From assembly GCA_008369845.1 (NCBI GenBank), contig MRSU01001253.1:1-38474 (forward strand): a stretch of DNA of 38,474 bases, in the 5' to 3' direction. This document shows, piece by piece, positions 19,290 to 30,400 of this stretch. The translations under genes were made by a program, and so were the position numbers. Every line of letters starts with the position of its first letter. The first letter of the stretch is position 1. The notes beneath the pieces are model-generated. The model had not been told where the DNA came from. It was given only the letters and a program-made list of their open reading frames with translations, and did not search any database. Source of the DNA: Trichomonas gallinae (Eukaryota).

Positions 19290-21749
19290 TTATATTAATG
19301 CTGCAACATATAGTACTATACAGGGATGAATATTAGCTCTAATTAAGTAAACAAGCATTTCTTTGCAAGTTGCTTCAACTTTGCATTCTCTCAAAGATGA
19401 TTTAGAAATTTTCGATTTGCTTAAAATAGAATCAATGAACTCTTTGGAATTATTTTCAACTCTAACTCCACATCTAAGACTAGGACAATTTAAAAAAGCG
19501 TCAACTCCGATGTATTTGACACTCTTAGGGATATTAATCCATGCTAGATTCACACATCCTTCGAAAGCATTGTCATTAATGCGCTGAACACTTCCAGAAG
19601 GAATGAAAATCGACACTAAATTCACGCAGCTTAGAAAAGCTCCATCGTTGATGAAATTAGTCGTTCCAGGAAGTGAAAAATAAGTAATATCAGATGCTGG
19701 AGGGAACAAGATGAGATATCTCAGTTCACTGTCGAATAAAGCTCCAGTGACAACTTTAAAATTCGGATTTCGCGTTTCAATTGTTTTGATACTTAAACAA
19801 TTTCTGAATGTTCCAATTCCTATTGAAACTAAACGAGAATGTTCCTGAATAACGAATGATGACAGTTGCTTGCAATTCATAAATGAATTTCTCCCTGTTT
19901 CATTGACTTGAGAAGGAAGAACAAGGTTTTTTAGTGACGTGTTCATGAAAGCACCAACTCCAATATAATAAATATTCTCGGGGAAATTAAATGAGCTCAA
20001 TTTGATGTTATTCGAAAAACAATAATCAGGGATACTTTGTAACTGATTACACATTGACATATCAACAGTTTGCAGCCCACATCCATCGAATGCATTGCTT
20101 AATATGTCAGCTATCGAACTCGTAAAAGTTATTGAACTCAGCATAATACAATTTTGAAACGCATTCTTTCCGATGCTCATAACTTGACTTGGTATAACAA
20201 ACAATGAAAGCTTGCTGCATCCTTTGAATGTATCTTCACCTATTCGAGTGATTTTAGTGGATTCAATTGAAAAAGTTTCCAAGTTAATGCAACCGGAAAA
20301 AGAATAGTTTCCAAGATATTCTAGACCTTGTAAATTCATGCTACTTATCTGCAAACAATTCTCAAATGCATGATCGCCAATACTGACAACAGTTGATGGA
20401 AAATTTGTTATTGACATGGATCTACAGTTAGCAAAAGCATTGCGTCCAATTGTTGTCAGTTTAGAATCTGATGGGAAACTTATTGATTTCACATTTGCTT
20501 TATCTTGAAAAGCTCCTGCTTTTATTTCAACAACAGTCGATGGAATTGATAGGATTGCATTACTTGTTGTTCCTAAATAGCCGCTCAGCATGCTTCTGTT
20601 CGTGTTGTACATCATCATTGTGTTTTCGTCGATAATGAAATTCGAGTTAGTTATAATTTTGGTTCCCGGTGGGAAAGCTGCACCTTCCAGTGAAGTTAAT
20701 GACTCTGGGAGTCTGATATCCTTCATGTTCTTGCAATTGACGAAGCAATTAGTCTTGATTGTTGTGACACCTGATGGAATCTCGATTGAAGAAAAATTGC
20801 AACTATCGAATAAATTTGATTCAAGAGTTTTTATGTTTTTCGACAATTTGACTGATGACAATCTGGAACAAAACTGGAATGCACTATTTCCTATATTTGT
20901 GACTGTGTCTGGTATAACAATAGTTTCTAATGATGAGCCAGAGAAGCAATAACTGCCAATATTTGTCACCGTGTCAGAAATTTCGACGGATGATATATGT
21001 GCAGAAGCGAAAGCATTCGTGTAGATATAAGTGACACCGTGAGGTATGACAGCAACGCCTGTTAGAGCAGGTGGATAAACAACATAATGCCTTCCACCAT
21101 TTGTCAAAATTCCTTTGTTTTCAAGGAGAAAATTTTTGTTATCACTGTGGACAGTTATTTCTTCGATATTTGACTCTGCAAATGCTGAATGTTGAATTGA
21201 ATTGACTTTAGATGGGATCATGAATGATGTTATCTGTGTAACACGAAGGAATGAAGCCCCTACAAACGTAATTTCCGAATTTAGTGGAATAATTATTGTT
21301 TTTAATTGGCGACAATACTCTAATAGTTTGGCAGGAAGAGTTGTTAATGATGCAGGAAATGAAATCGATGTGATTTTCATATATGCAAGCGAATCTTCTC
21401 CAAGAGAAACTAAAGAATCGGGTAGTATGATTTCAACTAAATTATAACAATTATAAAATGATTTTACTCCTATGCTTAGTAATTTAGTACAAACTGAAAG
21501 ATCTATTGATGCTAAATTTATTATATTAAAAAATGCATAACTTCTAATTTCAATTAATTCTGGGTTTGGATCAAAAGAAATTGATTGTAATGTTGTACTA
21601 CAGCTGTAAAATGCATATGATGACTGTGATGAAGAAGATTTACCAATATATTTAACAAAAGATCGAATAATAACAGATGTGAGACTGCTTGGTGCATTTT
21701 CAATTGTATCTCTCGCAGAATTATATGTAAGTCCTTGATTATCATCCAT
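19290..21749 (-). CDS. BspA-like TpLRR (LRR_5) leucine-rich-repeat surface antigen (819 aa)
   Basis: Many ~23-aa repeats of the form L..I.IP..V..IG..AF..C (e.g. LETIVIPDTVTNIGNSAFQFCSRL) and a hydrophobic C-terminal tail (CIVLYVAALI). Confidence 0.95.
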   Translation of the reverse strand: MDDNQGLTYNSARDTIENAPSSLTSVIIRSFVKYIGKSSSSQSSYAFYSCSTTLQSISFDPNPELIEIRSYAFFNIINLASIDLSVCTKLLSIGVKSFYNCYNLVEIILPDSLVSLGEDSLAYMKITSISFPASLTTLPAKLLEYCRQLKTIIIPLNSEITFVGASFLRVTQITSFMIPSKVNSIQHSAFAESNIEEITVHSDNKNFLLENKGILTNGGRHYVVYPPALTGVAVIPHGVTYIYTNAFASAHISSVEISDTVTNIGSYCFSGSSLETIVIPDTVTNIGNSAFQFCSRLSSVKLSKNIKTLESNLFDSCNFSSIEIPSGVTTIKTNCFVNCKNMKDIRLPESLTSLEGAAFPPGTKIITNSNFIIDENTMMMYNTNRSMLSGYLGTTSNAILSIPSTVVEIKAGAFQDKANVKSISFPSDSKLTTIGRNAFANCRSMSITNFPSTVVSIGDHAFENCLQISSMNLQGLEYLGNYSFSGCINLETFSIESTKITRIGEDTFKGCSKLSLFVIPSQVMSIGKNAFQNCIMLSSITFTSSIADILSNAFDGCGLQTVDMSMCNQLQSIPDYCFSNNIKLSSFNFPENIYYIGVGAFMNTSLKNLVLPSQVNETGRNSFMNCKQLSSFVIQEHSRLVSIGIGTFRNCLSIKTIETRNPNFKVVTGALFDSELRYLILFPPASDITYFSLPGTTNFINDGAFLSCVNLVSIFIPSGSVQRINDNAFEGCVNLAWINIPKSVKYIGVDAFLNCPSLRCGVRVENNSKEFIDSILSKSKISKSSLRECKVEATCKEMLVYLIRANIHPCIVLYVAALI

Positions 21750-21824
21750 TCTTTATGCGAAAAATGTTTTTCATTTACTCAACCATTTTTGACATTTGAC
21801 ATCTGACATCATTAAATTTTGACA

Positions 21825-22023
21825 AAGGTTGTCCGGCAGAAAAATACAACTAAAAATTCTGTAAATTAATATAGAATGCGCACATAGTGACCATTAAAAT
21901 GCTAGATTCCCATCAAAAAAATCCCGGTGGAGTTTTCTTGGGGTCTACTGTAGCGTCGAAACTGACACGTTTTATGAGCAGGGGCCATTTTTGACAATTT
22001 TTAAAAATCTGCCGGACTACCTT
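21825..22023. mobile_element. 199-bp MITE with 16-bp TIRs and a 10-bp target-site duplication
   Basis: Left TIR AAGGTTGTCCGGCAGA (21825-21840) and right TIR TCTGCCGGACTACCTT (22008-22023) match at 15/16. Both are abutted by AATTTTGACA (21815-21824 and 22024-22033). The interior is non-coding. Confidence 0.82.
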
Positions 22024-22266
22024 AATTTTGACATTTGAAATTGTCAAATTGACATTTTGGCAGCTGACAGATTATAAAATATAGTTCAATAATCACACAA
22101 GTCGACATCATTTATTAACCTAGTGAATTTATTCCTCTAATGCTATTAAGGTGTATACTATCATGTTTACTTACCAGGTTAGTTCTGTTCTAATCACCTA
22201 CGCGAGTAGATGTCGAACATTAACCTGGTGAATTTTTGTCAAATGTAAGATTTTGTCCGCATCTTT

Positions 22267-22510
22267 TGTAAATTAAATTCCTTACTTTACATGGCAGTTT
22301 ATCAATATTTCTCAGTTTAAACTTCATTTCAAAAGGAAATTTCAGCTCAAATTTTTTGTACAATTAACACCTGCAAACAGGCTTGAAGCCATTGATTGAA
22401 CCAGCCATGTGAAAAGTTGTGAAAATATTTTCATACTTTACATGGCATTTCCTTCTGCATATTTGACATTTGCCAATGTAAATGAAATTCCTTATTTTAC
22501 ATGTCATTTC
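22267..22510. repeat. Copies B (22267-22296) and C (22464-22510) of the 19066 repeat, plus a related imperfect palindrome at 22404-22446
   Basis: TGTAAATTAAATTCCTTACTTTACATGGCA; TGACATTTGCCAATGTAAATGAAATTCCTTATTTTACATGTCATTTC; GCCATGTGAAAAGTTGTGAAAAT-ATTTTCATACTTTACATGGC. Confidence 0.75.
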
Positions 22511-22835
22511 CTTGATTTTTTACATCGGATTCGTTGTATTTCGTTTCATTCGACTTCGAATCCGTTTCATTGGCAGCAAACGCAAGTCAGATTTAATTCC
22601 ATTTCTAAATTATCCAGATGATCGCAATGATTGTTTGATTTTCCAGCAATATTTGGGTTATATATAGAATGTTGGCATAATAATATACATAAATCCACAA
22701 AAATTAATGATGATTGTTCGAAAAAAATTTAAGTCGTCCGATTTTTTGAGAATAGTCGACTCATCTCTATTATTTATCGCATAATCAATAAAAATTCTTG
22801 AAACCTTCCAATCATGATTTTAGTGAAAAGTGTCA

Positions 22836-24299
22836 ATGTCTTCAAAATCATCCTATGATGTTTTCTCTGAGGAATTGCTGGCCAAGTACAGCGACATCAT
22901 TGATGTTTTAAAGAGCATCAACAACATCCAGCACTCTGACGTCGATGAGTTGACTGAGAGTATCAATAAGGTTGTTTCAAAATACAACATGAATTATCAC
23001 GCCATCTACAAGATTATTGACGATTATACTGAGCTCAACACAAAGCAAATCGATCTTTACTGGAAATTATTCCAAAATATACAAGACGAACAAAAAATCA
23101 AATTAAATCATCGAATTTTTTCTCCGCGTTACATGGCTTTATTATCAAAGACATACAATCTTGGTTGGAAATTAGACAAATATACCACAGAGAGCACTAA
23201 CGAAATCTTGGATGTTCATCAGCGAAACTCACTTTTACATTTGATTTTCAATGATGAAGTGACACCTTTTCGCGTCAAATTCGAGATGGAATGCATCGAT
23301 CCAGACATGGAAGTTGCAGGCAAGAAGCTCATAGAATGGTGCGCATTATACGGCTCATTAGATTGTTTCAAATTCCTTAGATTGCAATCTGCCAAAATCA
23401 CAAAGCGCACGTACAAATATAGCATTTTAGGCAGAAACGAGGAAATAATGAAAGCTGTTGAATCCAAGCCAGGTGAAGAGTGCATGAGTTTCGCCATCAA
23501 AACAATGAACAACGACTTGATAACATTATTCCAAGAGAAATATAATTTGCCAATTGTTATCGATTCAAATTGTTACAATCTGGCAGTTTTTCTCAAAGAA
23601 TTGATAAAAAGTGACGACAAAAGCACTTTTTATATCAAGTCATGCATGTTCGGAATCCCAGATTTGACCAAGACCATTATCGATGCTATTCCAACAATTA
23701 ACATAAGAAATAACGATGAACAAGGAATTCTTCACAGATCAGAATATTTTGACAAAAAGTTTGTTGAAGAACTAATCAAGCTCGGAGCCAACATCGAAAT
23801 GAAGGATAAGACAGGAGAAACACCACTGATGTATTGTGCAAAGATGAATCTAACAGAAATTGCAGAAGTCTTGATCAACAAGGGAGCAAAGATCAACGAA
23901 AAGAACAACCACGGTTTGACAGCTTTGATGATTTGCTGCAAGCACGACAATGAAGACCTTGCCAATATTCTGATTAACCATGGTGCTGATGTCAACATTG
24001 TCGCAAGATCATGGACCCCATTAATCATCTGCTGCGAGAATAACTCAATGAAAGTTGCAAAACTCCTTGGAGCAAAAGGTGTCAATATGAATTTCCTATC
24101 CAGCGGAAACAACACTCCACTCATGATTTGCTCTGAACACAACTTCGTTGAGATTGCTAAGATATTAATAGAAGAAGGAGCAGACACTCAAATGACTAAC
24201 TCTGAAGGAATGACAGCTCTAATGATTTGCAGGAAACACAATTCACCAGAAATTGCAAGACTTATCCAATCAAACACAGCAGGATGTTGTCGAATCTGA
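22836..24299 (+). CDS. Ankyrin-repeat protein (DUF3447-like) with C-terminal CCRI (CaaX-like) motif
   Basis: WCALYGSLDCFKFL...SILGRNEEI block typical of trichomonad ankyrin proteins, then about five ankyrin repeats (GETPLMYCA, GLTALMICC, WTPLIICC, NNTPLMICS, GMTALMIC). The first ATG is at 22836 (the track starts at GTG 22830). Confidence 0.92.
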   Translation: MSSKSSYDVFSEELLAKYSDIIDVLKSINNIQHSDVDELTESINKVVSKYNMNYHAIYKIIDDYTELNTKQIDLYWKLFQNIQDEQKIKLNHRIFSPRYMALLSKTYNLGWKLDKYTTESTNEILDVHQRNSLLHLIFNDEVTPFRVKFEMECIDPDMEVAGKKLIEWCALYGSLDCFKFLRLQSAKITKRTYKYSILGRNEEIMKAVESKPGEECMSFAIKTMNNDLITLFQEKYNLPIVIDSNCYNLAVFLKELIKSDDKSTFYIKSCMFGIPDLTKTIIDAIPTINIRNNDEQGILHRSEYFDKKFVEELIKLGANIEMKDKTGETPLMYCAKMNLTEIAEVLINKGAKINEKNNHGLTALMICCKHDNEDLANILINHGADVNIVARSWTPLIICCENNSMKVAKLLGAKGVNMNFLSSGNNTPLMICSEHNFVEIAKILIEEGADTQMTNSEGMTALMICRKHNSPEIARLIQSNTAGCCRI

Positions 24300-24464
24300 C
24301 ATCTCTTTCATTTAATTTCATGCGGTTTTGTTGTGTTTGTTTATAACTTTTTGAATAAATGATATCTATTCTTGAATTTAATGATATGTTTTGTGTTCAA
24401 AGTGGAACATTTCCTAGACAAAAAAAAGTTGTTTGTTTGTAATAACATAAATAACAAATATAAT

Positions 24465-27400
24465 TTACAAAAGTTGTGGCGGGACATGCCAGAAAACTGC
24501 AGCTGAACTGAGAAGCCATGCTCTGTCTGTGGAATCAGTCCTGCTCTCAATATCAGCAATGTATTCTGAGTCGCCACTGTTCATGTTGTCGTATATCGAT
24601 ATAACATAAGTCTTATGACCCGGATTAATTACCGGGGGCATGATGTAAACTGGTGGAAGATTAGTGATGATGTCATTTGTTGTGATCAATACATTTCCTT
24701 GGACTCTGCAGTTGAATCCGTGCAATCCAACAATGCACATGACATCTATTGGACGCTCTGAGAAAGAAAGCTGAACCGGGGACCCTCGTTCTGCGGCAAC
24801 AGCACAAAGGAAGTCTCTTGGTCTTGCTATGAGTTCAGCCTCTATCTGCATTGGAAGCTCTTTGCCAGAAAGGCTCTGAGAAACCATTTCGTGTCTCCTA
24901 GTTAAAATTGTTGCATATTTAGTGAAACTGTATCCATTCTTATCCCAGTTTTCTGGGACGACATCATCTGTGAAGTTTTGTGGCAAATCTGTCTTTTCGA
25001 GGTCAAGCAAAATCTTATCTATAAGATCGTTGAGATTTGAGGCCTCATTCGACCAGAACACTTTGAGCGGTGTGTCTGGCTCGGGTCCACTTCCACTGAT
25101 CTTTGGTGGAAGAGACTTAATGAACTCTTCTTTTTTCTTTTGGATTTCTTCTTCAGGAAGAATTGCCGCGTTACAAATTTTAACGAATGGTTCTGAGAAG
25201 ATCTTCGAGAGTCTGAGCGACAACAAAAGATTAGCGCATTTATCCGGTACAAACATCAATTCAGGAGTTGTTATATAAGGAAGATTTGTGAGCTGGTTCT
25301 GATACTGCTGTAAAGGTCCATCACCTGGTGTTGCATATGCTGCTGACGATGAATAGTCTTTCAAACAGTTGAATCCATCATCCAAGCAAGCAGAAGGCAT
25401 GATTGTCGTCAAAATTGCTCTGACAACTCTTCTGTCGCTTGCTGATAAAGCGTTTCCTCCGAAGACAGTTTCCTGTATGGCTGATCTCATGTTGACCATG
25501 TTAAGAGGAACAGTGTCCATCCTGTCTATGTAGCGTGTTGTTATTTCTTTAAACATTTCGTTGAAGTTGTTCGTTGAAAGAACTGGACTCTTCTGGAAAC
25601 CAAGTGGAGGAACAAATGATCTGATAAGCAATGAAATGTAAGTCAGCAAGCCAGCGTGGAATAATCTTCTCGTTGGCTTGATTTTTGTTGCGTTCCTTAT
25701 GTGCTGCAACTGGTTCTGCAAAATCTTGGAAGCAATACTTCTCGATGAAGGAATTTCTTCGGGAACAAGTTTCTTGCACATTGTTATTAATCTCTGTGAA
25801 AGATAATCAATGCATGAGCATAGAATTACCAATCTGAAGTTCATTGGAAGAGATCTGGCTACTAACATGTCTGGAATTGTGTTCAACAACTGGGCAGTTT
25901 TCTGTGATGGAGTAACATATGATATGATCAGCCAGTTGCCTCTTGCCATTGATGTTTTGATTGTGTTTCTTGCGATATCTATTGATTTGTCTGTCATTGT
26001 CATGCATTCGAGAGAATCAACTCTCGCTCTTTGTACTGCATAAGCGAATATTTCTGGAAGTGGATCATAGTTTGGACACAAAATTATTGTTGGCGAATTA
26101 TTTCCTCCATGTGCCAAAGCGACTTCAGGATAGAATGGCTGCAATATTTGTGTGACATCTCCATATCTTTGGTTGATGAACTGTGTCAAGAATCCATGGA
26201 ATTCGGGCAGTGAGCAATCTTTCATCATCATTACAGGAGTCATAGGAATCTTGAAGTCGGAAGCCCACTTTCTCTTTGGTGCCTCGCTGATGTTTGCGAC
26301 GATTGTCACCAAGTCATCCCATGGGATATCATCTTCATGGAAAGCGAATATTGTCAGGAAGAAGAACAAGTCTTTGACTGTTACACCAGGACTGATCCAT
26401 TTGATGATTGCATTGAGAAGCTCGCCTTTCAACTGCTCCTCGTTCTTGTTCTTCGTGAAGCACTCGTTGATGATTCCTTCGAAATCAGTGAATCTATATG
26501 ACAAGAGTGGACTTGATGTTGGCAAGAATCTCGAAATACACATCCACAATGTTTGCAAACGCTGGATCTCTGATGTAAGCGGTGCAGTGATTTCGTTGAT
26601 CTTCGCTTGTACTGAGTGTCCTTCAGGTGAACCACTGACTGATGCGAAGTAGAGTGCTTTAGATTCAAGCAAAGGCTGAAGCGATTCTGTATCTGATAAA
26701 TAGGCGCCTTCACTGTCTGCTGTTTTAGCGATCTTAGAGAAAATTTCCAGCAAATTAAATTCTCTTTGTCCTGTTTGAACCTGGTGCTCAAGTTCAGCAG
26801 CATTTGTTTCGTCATACTGTTTGAGTAAATCAGGAGACTTGCATCCAACAATTGCTCTGACAATTCTGTTCTTTACGACGTCCATTGATGAGTTTTGGAC
26901 ATCAATAGGAGCAAATGTTTCTGCGAGAACAGGATCTAATGCGTATTCATCTTTGGCTGTTGCGAATAAAATCGGGAAGAAGCCTTCAGCTGTTTTGATT
27001 GTTTCTCCATTGATTATCTTAAGAGTTGATTCGTGTCCAGGAACAATTGAGGTCAATGGTGTTAATCTGTAGATCATTTTATCGACATCGCAGATAATCA
27101 ACAGTTTTCCTTCTTTGGCTGCAACACTCAATTGCTGCTCGAAAACTTCAGAATACAATGAAACAACAATGCAATCTGTTGAAGTCAAAAGCGCTTCATA
27201 TATGACTCTATCCGAATCAATCAGCAAAGGAGTTCTTCTCAAAGAGAACAAATGCTCTAAGTCAACAAGAGCTGAGTGTGATAACAACTCATGTTTGACT
27301 TTGATCTTGTTTTGGGCGACAATTCTGTTGCTGACTTCTTTGAGAGGATTCTGGAATGATGTCTGGATTTCATGGGAGTTTAGATAATTAGTGATTTCGT

Positions 27401-30400
27401 TAAGTGCTTCTTCGCGCTTTTCTGAATCCAAACATGCACAATAAGAGAGATAAATGGCGACTAAAATAACATCACCTGTCATATCATCTGAATTTGTGTT
27501 TCCGATTCGTTTTTGTTCATTTACCCAGTTTTCTACCAAAGGATTCATACCATCTAAAATATCTTTAGCGTTCTTATCTCTCAGTCTCAACATCTCCATC
27601 TTCTTTTCGAGCTTGTCGAGATCTTGAGCAACGGCTTTGAGCTCTTTAGCATCGTCAACGAATTGTTCTTCGATGTCGTGAATTGATTCGAGCTCGCGCT
27701 TCATGTCTGCGTTGAAGTTATCGAATTCGTTCTGCATTGCCTGCATTTCCATCTTCTTTTCTATGACTAGATCCATCTTTTGGTGGTACTTAGAGATTGC
27801 TTCGAAGAACTTTCTGATTGAAACCATAACTGGTGCCAAAGAATCGAGTTTTGTCATCGCGAAGCATTCTTTGGATAACAAGTCGTTGATCAAAGTCAAA
27901 TGCTCGCCTCTTATCTTGTTGTAATCGATTCCATCGTGTAGAAGTGTTCCAAACATTTCACTGTTCATCAACTTCATTCCACTGACTTCGTAGTTGCCTG
28001 GTTCGCCTAATAATGTTGGAATTACAGTGAAGCACTCTTTGATGGCTTCAGGTGGGTTGTCTGCAATAATAGAAATTGGCTTCAAGTCGTCAATTGTTAT
28101 CTTAGAGATTTCAGTGTATCTTTCCTCGACGTAAGGAATTTGTCCCTTCATCTCTTTCTCTGTCATTTCAACTGTCAACTGCATTTCATGTAAAGCTTTG
28201 TTCCTGAACATGTACTCTTCGTTGAGTTTGAGTCTTCTCATGTCAATCGCATCGTGTTTGCTGCTGTAAGCCGTCTTCAAGTTCTCTGATTTAGTTCTCA
28301 TTCCTTCTAGTATTGGCTCTGTTTCATTAATCTGGTCTTCGATGATTGTCAAATCGTTGCTGAGTCTCGTAATGAATTGTATTGTAGTGTTAACGTTCTG
28401 GTTCTTCTGCATGGATCTACTCATTACGCCAGTTGCGCTTGAATGGAATTCGTTCACGAAATCGTTGAACATCGTGATTGTTGGATTTGGAACAATCTTC
28501 TCCATGAGCTCGGAAACTTCAATGAATATTGGACGAAGCTGTTCGACTTGATCTTCGTCGATGTAATTCTTGCAGATCTCGGATTTCGATGGATACAAAA
28601 CTTCGATATTAACGAATCCATGGATTTCTTCTTTCGTATCGTTCATCACAACAATTCTCACCAACGTTTTCAGCAAATTCTTGATCTTTTCGATTGTCGA
28701 ATATCTCAACTCGTGAGTGACTTCTTCAACATGATTGATTCTCTTGATAATGTTCGTGAGTTCTTCGTCAGTGAACAAAATCAAGAAATTGAAATCAATA
28801 AAAATGCTCTGCAAAATGTTGAATCTCTTGTGGCATTGTTTTCCTTCATACAATCTCACGCAAATGATCTGGATCTTGTTATCAAATACGGCGCTATTGA
28901 ATGCTGGAAGGAAGTCTTCCTTCTTGTACTCCATTTGAGAGAAATCGTGCAGTGCATAGTTCCTGTAGTTGACGACGTTATTCAACAAAGTAACTCTGCC
29001 CGAATTCGTTGATGATGTGAGAGAAATGTTTGCACCAGGAATACTGATGAAATAGTCAAGGTTGCAGAAATTGAACAATGTTTCATCAGTGACACTTGAT
29101 CGCATTAACAAAATCAACTTGTTCTTAAAGAACTCCAAGTCAATCTGTTCATAAGAAGCAATGTAGTTGCAGTCTGGTGGCGTAAACAAATATGTTGCCT
29201 GGCACAAGAATGGGGCTGCTTGGAATTTCTCGTAGAATGTTTTGAATAACTCGTTATCTTCGAATAACTCATTAATGTATTTGTTGATTTTCTCTTTCCT
29301 TTCTGAAATTGTTCCAGTCAATGAATTGTAAATGGCGAAATGCAAGAAAGAAATCATTGTCATTTTCTCTTCAGCTGATTCGAACTTCTTCGCTGGTGAA
29401 TGAACAGCAAGCAATAAAGCGAACCATAGCTGTTTGTGCGATAATACTTTTTGCGCGATTGGGTTGAAGTAGTTGAAGAAATCAGGATTGACTGTGTAAG
29501 TATTCAAGATCTTTCTGTACATGATTGACTTCGTGTTATCTGTCAACGCGTTGAGTTTGACTGGAACGAACAAGGAAGTGAATCTCACTGGCATCTTTTC
29601 AATATTATATGTTGAAATTGCGAAAATGAAGTTTTTGACTGGCATATCTTCAATGTATTTAGCATCTGCTTTGGAACCAACGCAAACCGATCTCCTTGTA
29701 ATCATTTCTCTGATTAACTCGATAAGTTCGAGGTTTTCGTCAGTGAAGCCATCGAAAACAATAAGATAACGTTTTTCAACACCAGTTTTGATCAGTGTTG
29801 TTGACATTATCATTGTCTCTTGTTTGATGAACCTCAAGATTTCAGATGATCTCGTGAAATTCGAGATTCTGATTCTTATGTAAACAACATCTGAGAATTT
29901 AGAGAGAACGTATCTGATGATGTGGTTTCTTCCTGAATATCTGTCACCGTACATCATGAAGTTCCTGTTGTTCTTTAAGCAATAGTAAATCATCGATGAT
30001 GTCGGCAGTGTCTGAGGAAGAACAATTGCGACGTCGCTTGGCAAAATTGGAACTTTCTCGTCTGATGTTTTCTGGAAGATCGGCTTCAATTGCAAATCAG
30101 ATGAATCGATTGGTCCAATATTATCTTTCGTGATCTGCGTTGAAATCAACGAAGGTGTTGGGAATGATTCGATGAAAACTTCTGGCAATGCCCAAATGTC
30201 CCAGTTCTGTGGTAGTGTTATGTTGAATTGCTGCAAGATTAAAGCGTGTAACTCTTCAAGTGCAGAGTTCTCAACGCATGATGACAAAAGTCTGTAGAAA
30301 GCATAGCCTAAAACATGTCCAAGTTTTTGTTCATCTGGACAATCAATTCCTGCGCTTTCTATCGTATATAATGCATATCTAACGATGTCAGTACAGATCC

